Assembly (NCBI GenBank): GCA_028290325.1
Contig: JAQGJY010000049.1
Span: forward strand, 1-45,574
Direction: 5' to 3'
DNA length: 45,574 bases
DNA from: Tardiphaga sp.
GTDB lineage: Bacteria; Pseudomonadota; Alphaproteobacteria; Rhizobiales; Xanthobacteraceae
Shown here: in pieces, positions 11,455 through 21,232 of the stretch
Layout: each line of letters begins with the position of its first letter
Position numbering within the stretch: the stretch's first letter is position 1
Position numbers and translations under genes: made by a program
Notes under the pieces: generated by a model
Databases searched by the model: none
What the model saw: the letters and a program-made list of their open reading frames with translations, nothing else
Told to the model about the DNA's origin: nothing

Positions 11455-11519
11455 CTGGATTGCCGCGCGCTGCGCCCAGCCGGCGATTTCGCCGGCTGGG
11501 CGCAGGCTCGCAGTGACGG
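11455..11519. repeat. Half REP-like element (CTGGATTGC...CTCGCAGTGAC) with a long perfect internal hairpin
   Basis: CTGCGCCCAGCCGGCGA-TT-TCGCCGGCTGGGCGCAG at 11470-11505, between convergent genes. Confidence 0.75.
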
Positions 11520-11523
11520 TTTT

Positions 11524-11904
11524 TTATGGCGTGGCCATGTGCCAGGCGCCGTTCAGAAAGCCATCGCCCTTGATGTCGCCGGCGGCCATGTCCTGCTTGA
11601 ACGTATAGAGCGGCTTGCTTTTGTAGGCCCACATCTTCTGGCCGTCGTCGCGGACGACGATCGTCATGTCGCCCGTCGGCTTGGCATCGGCGGCGGCTTC
11701 CAGAGGCGGCCAATTGCCAGCGCAGGGGCCGTTGCACATCGATTTGCCGCCGACGTCCTTGTCGAAGGTGTAGAGCGTCATGCCCTTGGCATCGACGAGT
11801 GTCTTGCCCTTGGCGGTATCGGCGGTCTTGGGCATCTGCGCCAAGGCGGCGGATGCGGTCAAGAGCAGGCATGCGGCGGCGATCGCGGCAAATGTTTTCG
11901 ACAT
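11524..11904 (-). CDS. COG4315 / Lipoprotein_15 secreted repeat protein with Yx(FWY)xxD motifs
   Basis: Signal peptide; GMTLYTFDKD, CNGPCAGNWPPL, PLYTFKQD and GDG...GAWH motifs. Confidence 0.88.
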   Translation of the reverse strand: MSKTFAAIAAACLLLTASAALAQMPKTADTAKGKTLVDAKGMTLYTFDKDVGGKSMCNGPCAGNWPPLEAAADAKPTGDMTIVVRDDGQKMWAYKSKPLYTFKQDMAAGDIKGDGFLNGAWHMATP

Positions 11905-11956
11905 TGCAGTTGGTCTCCCAATGACATCATGAGGACGCAGATGCGTCAGTGATGGA

Positions 11957-11981
11957 AACGCCGCCGGCGCCGAATTATTCC
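11957..11981 (-). promoter_or_regulatory. ECF sigma factor promoter upstream of the COG4315 gene
   Basis: Minus strand GGAAT-N16-CGTT, about 50 nt upstream of the ATG. Confidence 0.55.
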
Positions 11982-12035
11982 GCTGTCACTGCGAGGAACA
12001 GCGATTCTCGATCTCGAGAACGCTTGCTCCCACGA

Positions 12036-13010
12036 TCAGCTGACCGCGTCGCCCCAGCCGAGCTTCTTGAAACGCTGATAGGCCGGTTTGTCGCGCTTGG
12101 GCGCGGACGCGAAGGCAAGACCATCCGGCGTGCAGAGTTTGGCCGTCACCGCGATTTTCGTGATGTCAGGCGGGGCCAGCACGCGGGGCGGTCGCCGGCT
12201 CGAGAAGCTGCGGGACAACGCGACATAAGAGAACTTCTCATCCTCGAACGGCACCTCGGCGGCTTTCAGCGCCATGTGCGCGCGCGAGCGCGGCAGACGT
12301 TGAACGAAGTGGCACCAATCCGGCGATGCGAGCGGACACGCGTCGTCGTGCGGGCACGGCGCGATGACATGCGCGCCTTGCGCGATCAATCGCGACCGCA
12401 ATGCGATGATGCGCGCGTAACCCGCCGGCGTGCCGGGCTCGACCACGAGCAACGTGTCGTTCGTTTTCGCCCAGAGCGCATCGGCGAGGCTGGCCTGTTG
12501 GGCGGCCGGCAACTCGTTGATGACGTAGCTCGCCACGACGAAATCGGTCGGTTCGGCGCTCGCAAGCGTCGTGCCGATGTCACCGAGGTCATAGCGCGGC
12601 GTCAGCGCCATCGCGTCGGCCAGCGTCAACGCCAATGCGCGCAGGGCCGGATTGGCGTCGAGCAATGTGATCGCGTCGAGCCCGACCGCGTGTGACGCCG
12701 CCCAGGTTGCGATCGCCCAGCTCGCGGTACCCGGCCCTGCCCCGCAATCGAGCAAGGTTTTTGGCGCGAAGTCGGGATTGATTTCGCCGATGGCGTTGAG
12801 GCAGGCGGTGACGGCGGCGTAGGTCGCCGGCATGCGCGCCAGCGCGTAGGTCAGCGCGTCGGCCTCGGTCCGGATCGCCTCAGACCCACCGCCGCCGCGA
12901 TAGGTCCGCGAGATCGCGGACTGCCGCCTTGCCGCCTCGACGCGCGACAGCCCGTGCAGCCGCGCTTCAAGCGCGGCGGTGATGGCGGGAGGCAGAGACG
13001 GAGGAACCAT
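12036..13010 (-). CDS. Rsm22-family SAM-dependent methyltransferase
   Basis: YALARMPATYAA, LDCGAGPGTA, VVEPGTPAGY, APCPH...CP...WCHF and FEDEKFSY motifs. Confidence 0.88.
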   Translation of the reverse strand: MVPPSLPPAITAALEARLHGLSRVEAARRQSAISRTYRGGGGSEAIRTEADALTYALARMPATYAAVTACLNAIGEINPDFAPKTLLDCGAGPGTASWAIATWAASHAVGLDAITLLDANPALRALALTLADAMALTPRYDLGDIGTTLASAEPTDFVVASYVINELPAAQQASLADALWAKTNDTLLVVEPGTPAGYARIIALRSRLIAQGAHVIAPCPHDDACPLASPDWCHFVQRLPRSRAHMALKAAEVPFEDEKFSYVALSRSFSSRRPPRVLAPPDITKIAVTAKLCTPDGLAFASAPKRDKPAYQRFKKLGWGDAVS

Positions 13011-13044
13011 GGGCAAAGGGGCCAGCGGGCGGGCATCGCGCACT

Positions 13045-13123
13045 GCCGTCATACGCGGGCTTGAGCCGCGTATCCATCAATCTTGCGACAGGGACAGGTC
13101 ACCGGGTCAAGCCCGGTGACGGC
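13045..13123. repeat. REP/RPE-like palindromic element (GGGCTTGA...GGGTCAAGCCCGG family)
   Basis: Terminal inverted repeat GCCGTCA/TGACGGC; internal hairpins ATACGCGG...CCGCGTAT and GTCACCGGG-TCAAG-CCCGGTGAC. Confidence 0.8.
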
Positions 13124-13138
13124 GGTCGTGAACAAGCC

Positions 13139-16100
13139 TCAAGCCACCTGCTGATCGAGAATCTTCACAGCGTTGTCGAGATCGACCGACACCAGTTGCG
13201 AGACGCCGCGTTCAGCCATCGTCACGCCATAGAGCCGGTTCATCCGCGCCATCGTGATCGGATTATGCGTGATGATGATGAAGCGCGTATCCGTGGTCGC
13301 CGTCATCTCGTGCAGCAGGTTGCAGAAGCGTTCGACGTTGTGATCGTCGAGCGGCGCATCGACTTCGTCCAGCACGCAGATCGGCGACGGGTTGGTCAGG
13401 AACACGGCGAAGATCAGCGCCAAGGCTGTCAACGCCTGCTCGCCGCCGGACAACAGCGACAGCGAGGTCGGCTTCTTGCCGGGCGGCTTGGCGATGATTT
13501 CCAGACCCGCCTCAAGCGGATCGTCGCTCTCGATCAGATGCAATGCGGCCTCGCCGCCACCGAACAATTCGGTAAACAACCGCTTGAAGTGGCCGTTGAC
13601 GATCTCGAACGAGGTCAGCAAACGCTCGCGGGCTTCCTTGTTGAGACTCTGAATGCCCGTGCGAAGCTTCTTGATCGCCTCGACGAGATCATCGCGCTCG
13701 GTGACGAGCGTGTTGTGCGTGGCCTCGACCTCGTTGAGTTCCTCTTCGGCGCGAAGATTGACCGCGCCGAGTCGCTCGCGATCCCTGCGCAACTTGTCGA
13801 GGTCGCTTTCGACGACATGAAGGTCCGGCAGATCGTCGCCCTGCTTGATCTCGGCCATGGCCGCGACGCCTTCCGGCTCGACTTCGAGCATGTCACGGAT
13901 CTCGCGTTCGATGTCCTCCAGGCGACGCCGCGCGCCCTCCATCCGCTCGTCGGCGCGGGCGCACGCCTCGCGCGCGCCGGAGAGAGCTTCGAGCGAGATT
14001 TTGGCGGCACGGTCGGTGTCGGCCATCGCGGTTTCGGCGGACGCCAAAGCGTCGGCGGCGACGCGGCGGGCGCTCTCGGCTTCCTCGATTTCGGAAATGA
14101 CCGCGCGGCGCTTCTGGGCGAACACGGCCGGCGCGTCCTCAAGGTCGGAACGCTCCTTGGTGACCTCGGCGAGCCGCGCCTCGATGGTTGCGATTTGGCC
14201 GCCGGCGCCGCTCTTGCGGGCCTGCCATTCGTTGCGCTCGGCGATGATCGCCTGCAATCGCTTGTCAGCCAGTTCCGCCTCGCGGGCCAAAGCCTGCGCC
14301 TCGGCGCGAACCTGCGCGGCGAGCCGGCGATGACCATCGATTTCGCCCCGCACGGCGGCGATGCGGGCCTCGCCGTCGCCGGATGGCGGCAGCTCGTCCA
14401 GGGCACTCGCGGCGTTCTCATGCGCGGCTTCGGCCTCGGCGCGGTCCGCCGCCAGGCGCGTCTGCGCCTCGGTCAGCGCGGAACGGCGGGCGGCATGGCG
14501 ATTGATCTCGCGCTCGGCATTGGCGTGGCGCTCGCGCGCCGCGTCGACCTCGCGGCGGGCGGCACGCAGGCTGTCGCGCGACGCGGCCTCGGTCGCCGAC
14601 GCGGTCTTCAATTCGTCTTCGGCATATTCCAGCGCTTCGCGGCGCGCCGCCGCTTCCATCCGCGCCTGGTCGAGTTCGGCTTCGATATCACCGAGACGGG
14701 CGCGCTCGGCGAGACGCCGCGCGGCACCGGACGGGGCGTGCGCCGCGGCGATGAAACCATCCCAGCGCCAGACGTCGCCTTCGCGCGACACCAGCCGCTG
14801 ACCGGCCTTGAGCTGCGACACCAGCTCGGCACCACGCTCTTTGGCGACGACACCGATCTGCGCCAGGCGCCGACGCAATTCGACCGGCGCATCGACATGG
14901 GAGCTGAGGGCCACGACGCCCTCGGGCAGCGACGGATCAGCCTCGGTGAAGCCGCTCTCGGTCCAGCGCATCGGCGCGGAGGGATCGACCGGCGCGTCGA
15001 GGTCGTCACCGAGGGCCGCGCCGAGCGCCTTCTCGTAACCCTTGGCGCAGTTGACGCCGTCGATGATCGGCGGCCACAGATTCTTGGTTTCGCCGTTGAG
15101 AATCTTGGAGATCGTGCGGGCTTCGGTCTCCAGCCGCTGCACGCGCTTGTCGGCCTCGACGAGCGGGCCGCGCGACGCTTCGAGCGTCTGCCGCGCCACG
15201 ACATGCGCGGTCTCCGAATTGGCGACGGCGGCTTCCATGTCCAGCAGCGTCTGCTGCGTCGTCTCCATTACGGCGGCGAGCATATCAAGATCGCCGAATC
15301 CGGATGTCTGCTGCGTCAGCGCCTCGATCTCGCGCTCGACATTGCCGATTTCCTGATCGAGCCGGGCAAGCCGCTCACGATGGCCGCGCACGCCGTTCTG
15401 CAATTGATTGCGCTTGGCGGTGAGGTCCGCCAACGCCGTCGTCAGTTCGGCGAAGGTGAACTCGGCGTCGGCGAGGATTTCCTCGGCGGTCGCCAGACGC
15501 TCATCGACGCCGCTGCGGCTCTCGACGCGCGAGCGGATTTCGTCCTTGAGTTCGATATCTTCGGCGTTGAGCCGCTCCAGCGCGATATCCGCATCGGCGG
15601 CCTGACGTTGCTCGCGCTCGATATCGGCCATGAATTGCGTCAGCCGGCGATCGAGCTCGGTGACGCGCTCCTTGGCGCGGACTTCCTCGCGGTCGAGCAA
15701 TTCGCGCGCATTGGTCAAGCGCTGCAAGCCGGCGGCGGCACGGGCTTCGGCCTCGCGCAACGCCGGCAGTTCGGACGCGCGGATCGCCTGAATGCGCGCC
15801 GATTCGGCCTGTTCTCGGGTGCGCTCCGCGAGGTCGCGAACATTGAGCTCGTGGACGCGCGCGGATTCGGCAACATCGGTATGCGCCTGCAACCAGCGCA
15901 GGTGAAACAATGTCGCCTCGGCCTTGCGGACCTTGGCCGCCACCTCGCGATAACGGATCGCCTGCCGCGCCTGCTTCTTCAGGCCATCGACCTGACCGGC
16001 TAGTTGGCCAATCACGTCCTCGACGCGGGTCAGGTTGGTTTCGGCGGCGCGCAGGCGCAATTCGGCCTCGTGGCGGCGGGCGTGAAGCCCGGCGACACCG

Positions 16101-16603
16101 GCGGCATCTTCCAGCACGCGGCGGCGCGCCTCGGGCTTGGCCTGGATGATTTCACCGATCTTGCCTTGGTGAACCAAGGCCGGCGAGCGCGCGCCGGTGG
16201 CGGCGTCGGCGAACAGGATCTGAACATCGCGCGCGCGGACATCGCGGCCGTTGATGCGATAGACCGAGCCGGATTCGCGCTCGATCCGGCGCGAAATCTC
16301 CAAGATTTCATGCTCATTCATCGCCGCCGGCGCCGAGCGATCGGCATTGTCGATCGTCATCATCACTTCGGCGTGGTTACGCGACGGACGGTTGCCGGAG
16401 CCGGCGAAGATCACCGCGTCCATGTCGGTCGCGCGCAGCGATTTGTGCGAGGTTTCGCCCATCGCCCAGCGCAACGCCTCGACCAGATTGGACTTCCCGC
16501 AACCGTTGGGGCCGACGACGCCGGTCAGACCCGGCTCGATATGGAAATCGGTCGGTTCGACGAATGATTTGAATCCATGCAGGCGAAGGCGGGTGAGTTT
16601 CAT
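13139..16603 (-). CDS. smc: Chromosome segregation protein SMC
   Basis: GFKSF, Walker A GPNGCGKSN, long coiled coils, LSGGE signature and Walker B/D-loop LDEVDAPLD. Confidence 0.97.
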   Translation of the reverse strand: MKLTRLRLHGFKSFVEPTDFHIEPGLTGVVGPNGCGKSNLVEALRWAMGETSHKSLRATDMDAVIFAGSGNRPSRNHAEVMMTIDNADRSAPAAMNEHEILEISRRIERESGSVYRINGRDVRARDVQILFADAATGARSPALVHQGKIGEIIQAKPEARRRVLEDAAGVAGLHARRHEAELRLRAAETNLTRVEDVIGQLAGQVDGLKKQARQAIRYREVAAKVRKAEATLFHLRWLQAHTDVAESARVHELNVRDLAERTREQAESARIQAIRASELPALREAEARAAAGLQRLTNARELLDREEVRAKERVTELDRRLTQFMADIEREQRQAADADIALERLNAEDIELKDEIRSRVESRSGVDERLATAEEILADAEFTFAELTTALADLTAKRNQLQNGVRGHRERLARLDQEIGNVEREIEALTQQTSGFGDLDMLAAVMETTQQTLLDMEAAVANSETAHVVARQTLEASRGPLVEADKRVQRLETEARTISKILNGETKNLWPPIIDGVNCAKGYEKALGAALGDDLDAPVDPSAPMRWTESGFTEADPSLPEGVVALSSHVDAPVELRRRLAQIGVVAKERGAELVSQLKAGQRLVSREGDVWRWDGFIAAAHAPSGAARRLAERARLGDIEAELDQARMEAAARREALEYAEDELKTASATEAASRDSLRAARREVDAARERHANAEREINRHAARRSALTEAQTRLAADRAEAEAAHENAASALDELPPSGDGEARIAAVRGEIDGHRRLAAQVRAEAQALAREAELADKRLQAIIAERNEWQARKSGAGGQIATIEARLAEVTKERSDLEDAPAVFAQKRRAVISEIEEAESARRVAADALASAETAMADTDRAAKISLEALSGAREACARADERMEGARRRLEDIEREIRDMLEVEPEGVAAMAEIKQGDDLPDLHVVESDLDKLRRDRERLGAVNLRAEEELNEVEATHNTLVTERDDLVEAIKKLRTGIQSLNKEARERLLTSFEIVNGHFKRLFTELFGGGEAALHLIESDDPLEAGLEIIAKPPGKKPTSLSLLSGGEQALTALALIFAVFLTNPSPICVLDEVDAPLDDHNVERFCNLLHEMTATTDTRFIIITHNPITMARMNRLYGVTMAERGVSQLVSVDLDNAVKILDQQVA

Positions 16604-16846
16604 CGACAGGATATCCGGTTGCTGATGCGAATCCCGTCGGCATACTACCACGGATAGGCAAGCCGTTGGAGCGGCGCCTTGCGGACTACATCATCTGGTG
16701 GCCGGACAATGGCGAGCCGGACCCCGGAGGGCAACCGCCGCCGCGGGCTTTTCCAACGGGAAAATCGCTGGGTTTATTTATTGTTTTCAACAGGATTCTG
16801 GCATGGTCGCGCGTCAGCGTCGAGACCCAATCGAGGAACGACTTTC

Positions 16847-18154
16847 ATGGACTGGTTGTCATTCGCCATCGTCATCGGCTGCCTCTTGGTGTCGGCGTTC
16901 TTCTCCGCCAGCGAGACGGCGCTGACTGGCGCGTCGCGCGCCAGCATCATGCGGCTCTCGTCGCAGGGCAATCGCGACGCCGGCGTGGTCGCCTCATTGT
17001 TCGCGATGCGCGAGCGCATGATCGGCGCGCTCCTCGTGGGCAACAACATCGCCAATATCAGCGCATCGGCGCTCGCGACCGGGGTGCTCACGGCGTGGTT
17101 CGGCGACGTCGGCGTGCTCTACGCCACCGCCGTCATGACGGTTCTGATCGTGATCTTCGCCGAGGTGCTGCCGAAGACCATCGCGATCAACGCGCCGGAC
17201 CGGGTCTCGCTGCGGATCGCGCGGCCGATGCGACTCGTCGTGCTGCTGTTCTGGCCGCTGCTGATCGTCATCGAGGCGACCGTGCGGGTGCTGATGCGGC
17301 TGATCGGGATCAAGGTCGGGGCCAATCAGCCGATCCTGACGCCGACCGAGCGGCTGCGCGGCGCCGTCGATCTGATTCATCACGAGGGCGGCGTCGAGAA
17401 AGTCGACCGCGACATGCTGGGCGGCCTGCTCGATCTGCGCGAGCTGCAGGTGTCGGACGTGATGGTTCACCGCACCGAGATGGTCATGATCAACGCCGAC
17501 ATGCCCGCCGAGGACCTGGTGCGGGAGGTCCTGGCGACGGAATACACCCGGATTCCGCTATGGCGCGAGAAACCGGAGAACATCGTCGGCGTGTTGCACG
17601 CCAAGGATCTGCTGCGCGCGATCCGCGCCCATGACGGCGATATCTCCAAGATCGACGTCACCACGATCGCGCTGCCGCCATGGTTCGTGCCGGAGATGCG
17701 GCCGGTGTCCGACCAGCTCAAAGCCTTCCGTCGCCGCAAGACGCATTTTGCGTTGGTCGTCGATGAATATGGCGAAGTCGAAGGCATGGTGACGCTGGAA
17801 GACATCCTCGAGGAAATCGTCGGCGACATCTCGGACGAGCACGACGTCGCCGTTGCCGGCGTCCGCGCCCAGCCGGACGGCTCGGTTGTCGTCGATGGCT
17901 CGGTGCCGATTCGCGATCTCAATCGCGCGATGGACTGGCGGCTACCGGACGAGGAAGCGACGACGGTCGCTGGACTGGTCATCCACGAGGCGCGCTCGAT
18001 CCCGGAACGCGGCCAGAGCTTCACCTTTCACGGCTTCCGGTTCCGCGTGCTGCGCCGCGAACGCAACCGAATCACCGCGTTGCGGATCGGGCCGATCGCG
18101 AGCGAGCCTGTGGTCACGACAGGCAAGCCGCCGCGCGCCGGCACGTCGTTTTAG
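16847..18154 (+). CDS. HlyC/CorC-family (CNNM-CBS-CBS-CorC) Mg2+/Co2+ transporter
   Basis: FFSASETAL, LLVGNN, FAEVLPK, CBS pair with VVDEYGEVEGMVTLEDILEEIVG, and C-terminal CorC domain. Confidence 0.93.
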   Translation: MDWLSFAIVIGCLLVSAFFSASETALTGASRASIMRLSSQGNRDAGVVASLFAMRERMIGALLVGNNIANISASALATGVLTAWFGDVGVLYATAVMTVLIVIFAEVLPKTIAINAPDRVSLRIARPMRLVVLLFWPLLIVIEATVRVLMRLIGIKVGANQPILTPTERLRGAVDLIHHEGGVEKVDRDMLGGLLDLRELQVSDVMVHRTEMVMINADMPAEDLVREVLATEYTRIPLWREKPENIVGVLHAKDLLRAIRAHDGDISKIDVTTIALPPWFVPEMRPVSDQLKAFRRRKTHFALVVDEYGEVEGMVTLEDILEEIVGDISDEHDVAVAGVRAQPDGSVVVDGSVPIRDLNRAMDWRLPDEEATTVAGLVIHEARSIPERGQSFTFHGFRFRVLRRERNRITALRIGPIASEPVVTTGKPPRAGTSF

Positions 18155-18173
18155 AAAGTCAGATTCCGAATCT

Positions 18174-18238
18174 TGTCCGGGCGCGGCGTGGCTCCGGCAG
18201 GGCGCAATGCTGCGGCGCGCCTCGGACTCGCCGGGACT
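18174..18238. repeat. Degenerate REP-like palindrome (TGTCCGGGCGCG...CCGGGAC family)
   Basis: Ends resemble those of the element at 36823-36941. Confidence 0.4.
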
Positions 18239-18358
18239 GACGCCCAATTCCCACCCCTACGACAGTTTTACGTCATCGATCGGCGCATGATTGGCCCTGC
18301 CGCGTCGCGCGCGAAGGTGATACAGACCGGCTTCCTTCGAACAATCCCGGAAGTCCTC

Positions 18359-19615
18359 ATGTCCGCCGCCAAAACCGCCCCTGCCGTGTCGCCGCTCGCG
18401 CCGACCCACGTCCCCGAAATGCCGGAAATCGCCGGCGTCCGCCTGGCAACGGCGGCCGCCGGCATTCGCTACGAGGGCCGCACCGACGTGCTGCTGGCGC
18501 TGATGGACAAGGGCACGACGGTCGCCGGCGTGTTCACGACGTCGAAATGCGCCTCCGCGCCGGTCGAATGGTGCCGCGGCATCCTCAAGCGCGGACAAGC
18601 GCAGGCCCTGGTCGTCAATTCCGGCAACGCCAATGCCTTTACCGGCAAAACCGGGCGATCCTCCACGGCGCTGACGGCGAGAATCGCCGCCAAAGCCGTG
18701 GGTTGCACGACCAGCGACATCTTCCTCGCCTCGACCGGCGTGATCGGCGAACCGCTCGACGCCACGAAATTCGACGGTGTGCTTGGTACGCTGGCCGAGA
18801 CAGCCGGACCCGGCGGTTGGATGGACGCCGCCCGCGCGATCATGACCACCGACACCTTTCCCAAGGTGGCGACGGCGACAGTCAAACTCGGCAAGGCCAA
18901 GGTGACGATCAACGGCATGGCCAAGGGTGCCGGCATGATCGCGCCGGACATGGCGACCATGTTGTCGTTCGTGTTCACCGATGCCCCGATCGCCGCCCCG
19001 GCGCTTCAGGCGCTGCTGAAAGCGGGTGTTGGTCATACGTTCAACGCGGTGACGATCGACGGCGACACATCGACCTCCGACACGTTGCTGGCCTTCGCAA
19101 CCGGAGCCGCCGCGGCGCATGGCGCGCCCAAGATCACCAAGGCCAATGACATAAGGCTGAAGGCCTTTGTGAAGGCCTTCAATGCGGTTCTCGCCGATCT
19201 TGCCGAACAGGTCGCGCGCGACGGCGAAGGCGCGCGCAAGCTGGTCGAGATCCTGGTCGAGGGTGCCACGTCGGACAAATCGGCACGCAAGATCGCGATG
19301 TCGATCGCCAACTCACCTCTGGTGAAGACGGCGATCGCCGGCGAGGACGCCAATTGGGGCCGCGTCGTCATGGCCGTCGGCAAGGCCGGCGAGCCCGCCG
19401 ACCGCGACAAACTCTCGATCGCGTTCAACGGCATTCGCGTCGCCAGCAAAGGCGCGCGCGATCCATCCTATGACGAGACGGAGGTCTCCAACGCGATGAA
19501 AAATCCGAAAATCCAGATCAAGGTCTCGCTCGGCCTCGGCAAGGGCCGCGATCGCGTGCTGACCTGCGACCTCACCAAGGAATATATCGCGATCAACGGC
19601 GATTACCGGTCCTAG
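18359..19615 (+). CDS. argJ: Bifunctional glutamate N-acetyltransferase / amino-acid acetyltransferase
   Basis: [36 protein letters not shown] autoproteolysis site, [16 protein letters not shown] and C-terminal INGDYRS. Confidence 0.97.
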   Translation: MSAAKTAPAVSPLAPTHVPEMPEIAGVRLATAAAGIRYEGRTDVLLALMDKGTTVAGVFTTSKCASAPVEWCRGILKRGQAQALVVNSGNANAFTGKTGRSSTALTARIAAKAVGCTTSDIFLASTGVIGEPLDATKFDGVLGTLAETAGPGGWMDAARAIMTTDTFPKVATATVKLGKAKVTINGMAKGAGMIAPDMATMLSFVFTDAPIAAPALQALLKAGVGHTFNAVTIDGDTSTSDTLLAFATGAAAAHGAPKITKANDIRLKAFVKAFNAVLADLAEQVARDGEGARKLVEILVEGATSDKSARKIAMSIANSPLVKTAIAGEDANWGRVVMAVGKAGEPADRDKLSIAFNGIRVASKGARDPSYDETEVSNAMKNPKIQIKVSLGLGKGRDRVLTCDLTKEYIAINGDYRS

Positions 19616-19622
19616 CCGGCTG

Positions 19623-20510
19623 TCATTCCGCCGCCTGCTGCTGCACGGTCGGCGCGTCGCCGGCCACCGTGGCGCGGCGCATATCACGCGGCTGCGACGC
19701 ATCGTAGCGCCGCACCCGATGCATCGTCTGGCGGTTGTCCCACATGACCAGATCATGCAGCGACCATTTGTGCACGTAAACGAATTGCGGCTGGGTCGCG
19801 TGCTCGTTGAGGTCGCGCAACAACACGCGGGCCTCGGGCACCGTCATGCCTTGAATGCTGCCGGCATGTGACGACAGATAGAGCGACTTGCGGCCATGCA
19901 CCGGATGCTGCCGCACCAGGCGCTGCAACACCGGCTTGAACATCTGCTTTTCCTCGTCGCTGTAATCGAGGAATCCGAGCGCGCCGCGCGACGTCATCAG
20001 CGAATGCTCGCAGATCATGTCGGCGATCTCGTCGCGCGTCTCGTCGTCGAGCGTGTCATACGCCGCTCGCATATCGGCGAATTCGGTGTTGCCGCCTTTC
20101 GGGTTCACCACGCGCGCGGACAGCAGCGAGAACTTCGCCGGAATCGGCCGGAACGAGCTGTCGGAATGCCACAGGCAATTGCCGAGGTTGAACAGATGCG
20201 TCCGGTCGTCCTTCGGCAGCGGTTTGCCGTCCTTGCCGAGATTCGATACGTCGTTGACGCCGCTGGTCAGCCTCGCATCTTCTTTCTTAGCGACGCTTCC
20301 ACCGCGAGAGTCCTCGCGCTCGCCGAAATTGCGCGCGAAGGCGAGTTGCTGCTCGTCGGTAATGTCCTGCCTGCGAAATACCAGCACGGCGTAGTGGTCC
20401 ATGCCCGCCTCGATGGCGCGTGCGTCGTCGGGGCCCAACGGCCGGGTCAGGTCGACGCCGGAGACTTCGCCGACGAACAGCGGATGCAGTGGCGTGATCT
20501 GGATGGTCAT
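19623..20510 (-). CDS. TauD/TfdA-family Fe(II)/2-oxoglutarate dioxygenase (TfdA/SdpA-like)
   Basis: WHSDSSF (HxD), GGNTEFADMRAAYD, and WDNRQTMHR supplying the distal His. Confidence 0.9.
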   Translation of the reverse strand: MTIQITPLHPLFVGEVSGVDLTRPLGPDDARAIEAGMDHYAVLVFRRQDITDEQQLAFARNFGEREDSRGGSVAKKEDARLTSGVNDVSNLGKDGKPLPKDDRTHLFNLGNCLWHSDSSFRPIPAKFSLLSARVVNPKGGNTEFADMRAAYDTLDDETRDEIADMICEHSLMTSRGALGFLDYSDEEKQMFKPVLQRLVRQHPVHGRKSLYLSSHAGSIQGMTVPEARVLLRDLNEHATQPQFVYVHKWSLHDLVMWDNRQTMHRVRRYDASQPRDMRRATVAGDAPTVQQQAAE

Positions 20511-20654
20511 GGCCGTCTCCCCGAACCCACGCGCGGGTTCATCCCGTCGTCGCGTTGCTTGAGGCAAAAAGTCCGCCCGTTGCGCGTTCATGTCAACGGC
20601 GAAACTTGCAACGGCAAAGGCCCTCCGCGCATGTCGCGACGCGGGATGTTTGTT

Positions 20655-20679
20655 GGAACCGGAACTGATCCCACCCGTT
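20655..20679 (+). promoter_or_regulatory. EcfG (general stress sigma) promoter
   Basis: Exact GGAAC-N16-CGTT, 36 nt upstream of a CsbD-family gene. Confidence 0.85.
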
Positions 20680-20715
20680 AGAGAGCCGAGATTTCTCTCA
20701 TGGGAGTTATGGACA

Positions 20716-21069
20716 ATGGATAAGGACCGGATCACTGGAGCCGCCAAGGACGTAGCAGGGAAGGTCGAGGGCGCGTTCGGCGACCTCACCGGCGATGCAC
20801 AGACCCAAGCCTCGGGCAACGCCCGTCAGGCGGCCGGCACCGTGCAGAATCTCTACGGTCAGGCCAAGGATGCTGTGAAGGATGCCGCTGACACGGCGAG
20901 CAGCTATGCCAAGGACGCCCTCGACAGCGACGTCTATCGCGACGGCACCCGCGCCGTGACCTCGCAGGTGAAAGAGAATCCACTCGGCGCGCTGTTGATC
21001 GCCGGCGGGATCGGCTTCGCGCTGGCCATGCTGCTGAGCCGCCCGCCGCGCCGTTCGCGCTGGCGGTAA
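20716..21069 (+). CDS. CsbD-family general stress protein with C-terminal membrane anchor
   Basis: MDKDRITGAAKDVAGKVEGAFGDLTGD CsbD motif; ElaB-like tail NPLGALLIAGGIGFAL; GGAG SD. Confidence 0.9.
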   Translation: MDKDRITGAAKDVAGKVEGAFGDLTGDAQTQASGNARQAAGTVQNLYGQAKDAVKDAADTASSYAKDALDSDVYRDGTRAVTSQVKENPLGALLIAGGIGFALAMLLSRPPRRSRWR

Positions 21070-21087
21070 GCTCGTCGCCATCCCAAT

Positions 21088-21123
21088 CAAAACGCCCCCG
21101 GAGCAATCCGGGGGCGTTTGTTT
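21088..21123. terminator. Intrinsic terminator between convergent csbD and hemH, probably bidirectional
   Basis: AAAACGCCCCCGGA-GCAA-TCCGGGGGCGTTTGTTT. Confidence 0.85.
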
Positions 21124-21195
21124 GGCTGCGTCATCTGCTGACCATCGACGTCAATTTCTATGGGCGCGTTCCGAGTGCCCTGAATGCGATCGACG

Positions 21196-21232
21196 CTAAA
21201 TCCAGCCCTAAATCCAGCCTTAAATCCAGCCC
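21196..21232. repeat. Tandem triplication of the last 12 nt of hemH
   Basis: Three copies of (C/T)TAAATCCAGCC, reading GWI-stop three times on the minus strand. Confidence 0.9.

Noticed and set aside
13061-16003. 980-aa plus-strand ORF, and similar long antisense ORFs (30-1340, 24368-25735, 32410-34143)
   Set aside because: They are shadow frames opposite well-supported genes, expected from GC-rich codon bias, and have no recognisable motifs.
21196-21232. CRISPR array
   Set aside because: These are 12-nt units with no spacers and no cas genes; it is a simple tandem repeat.
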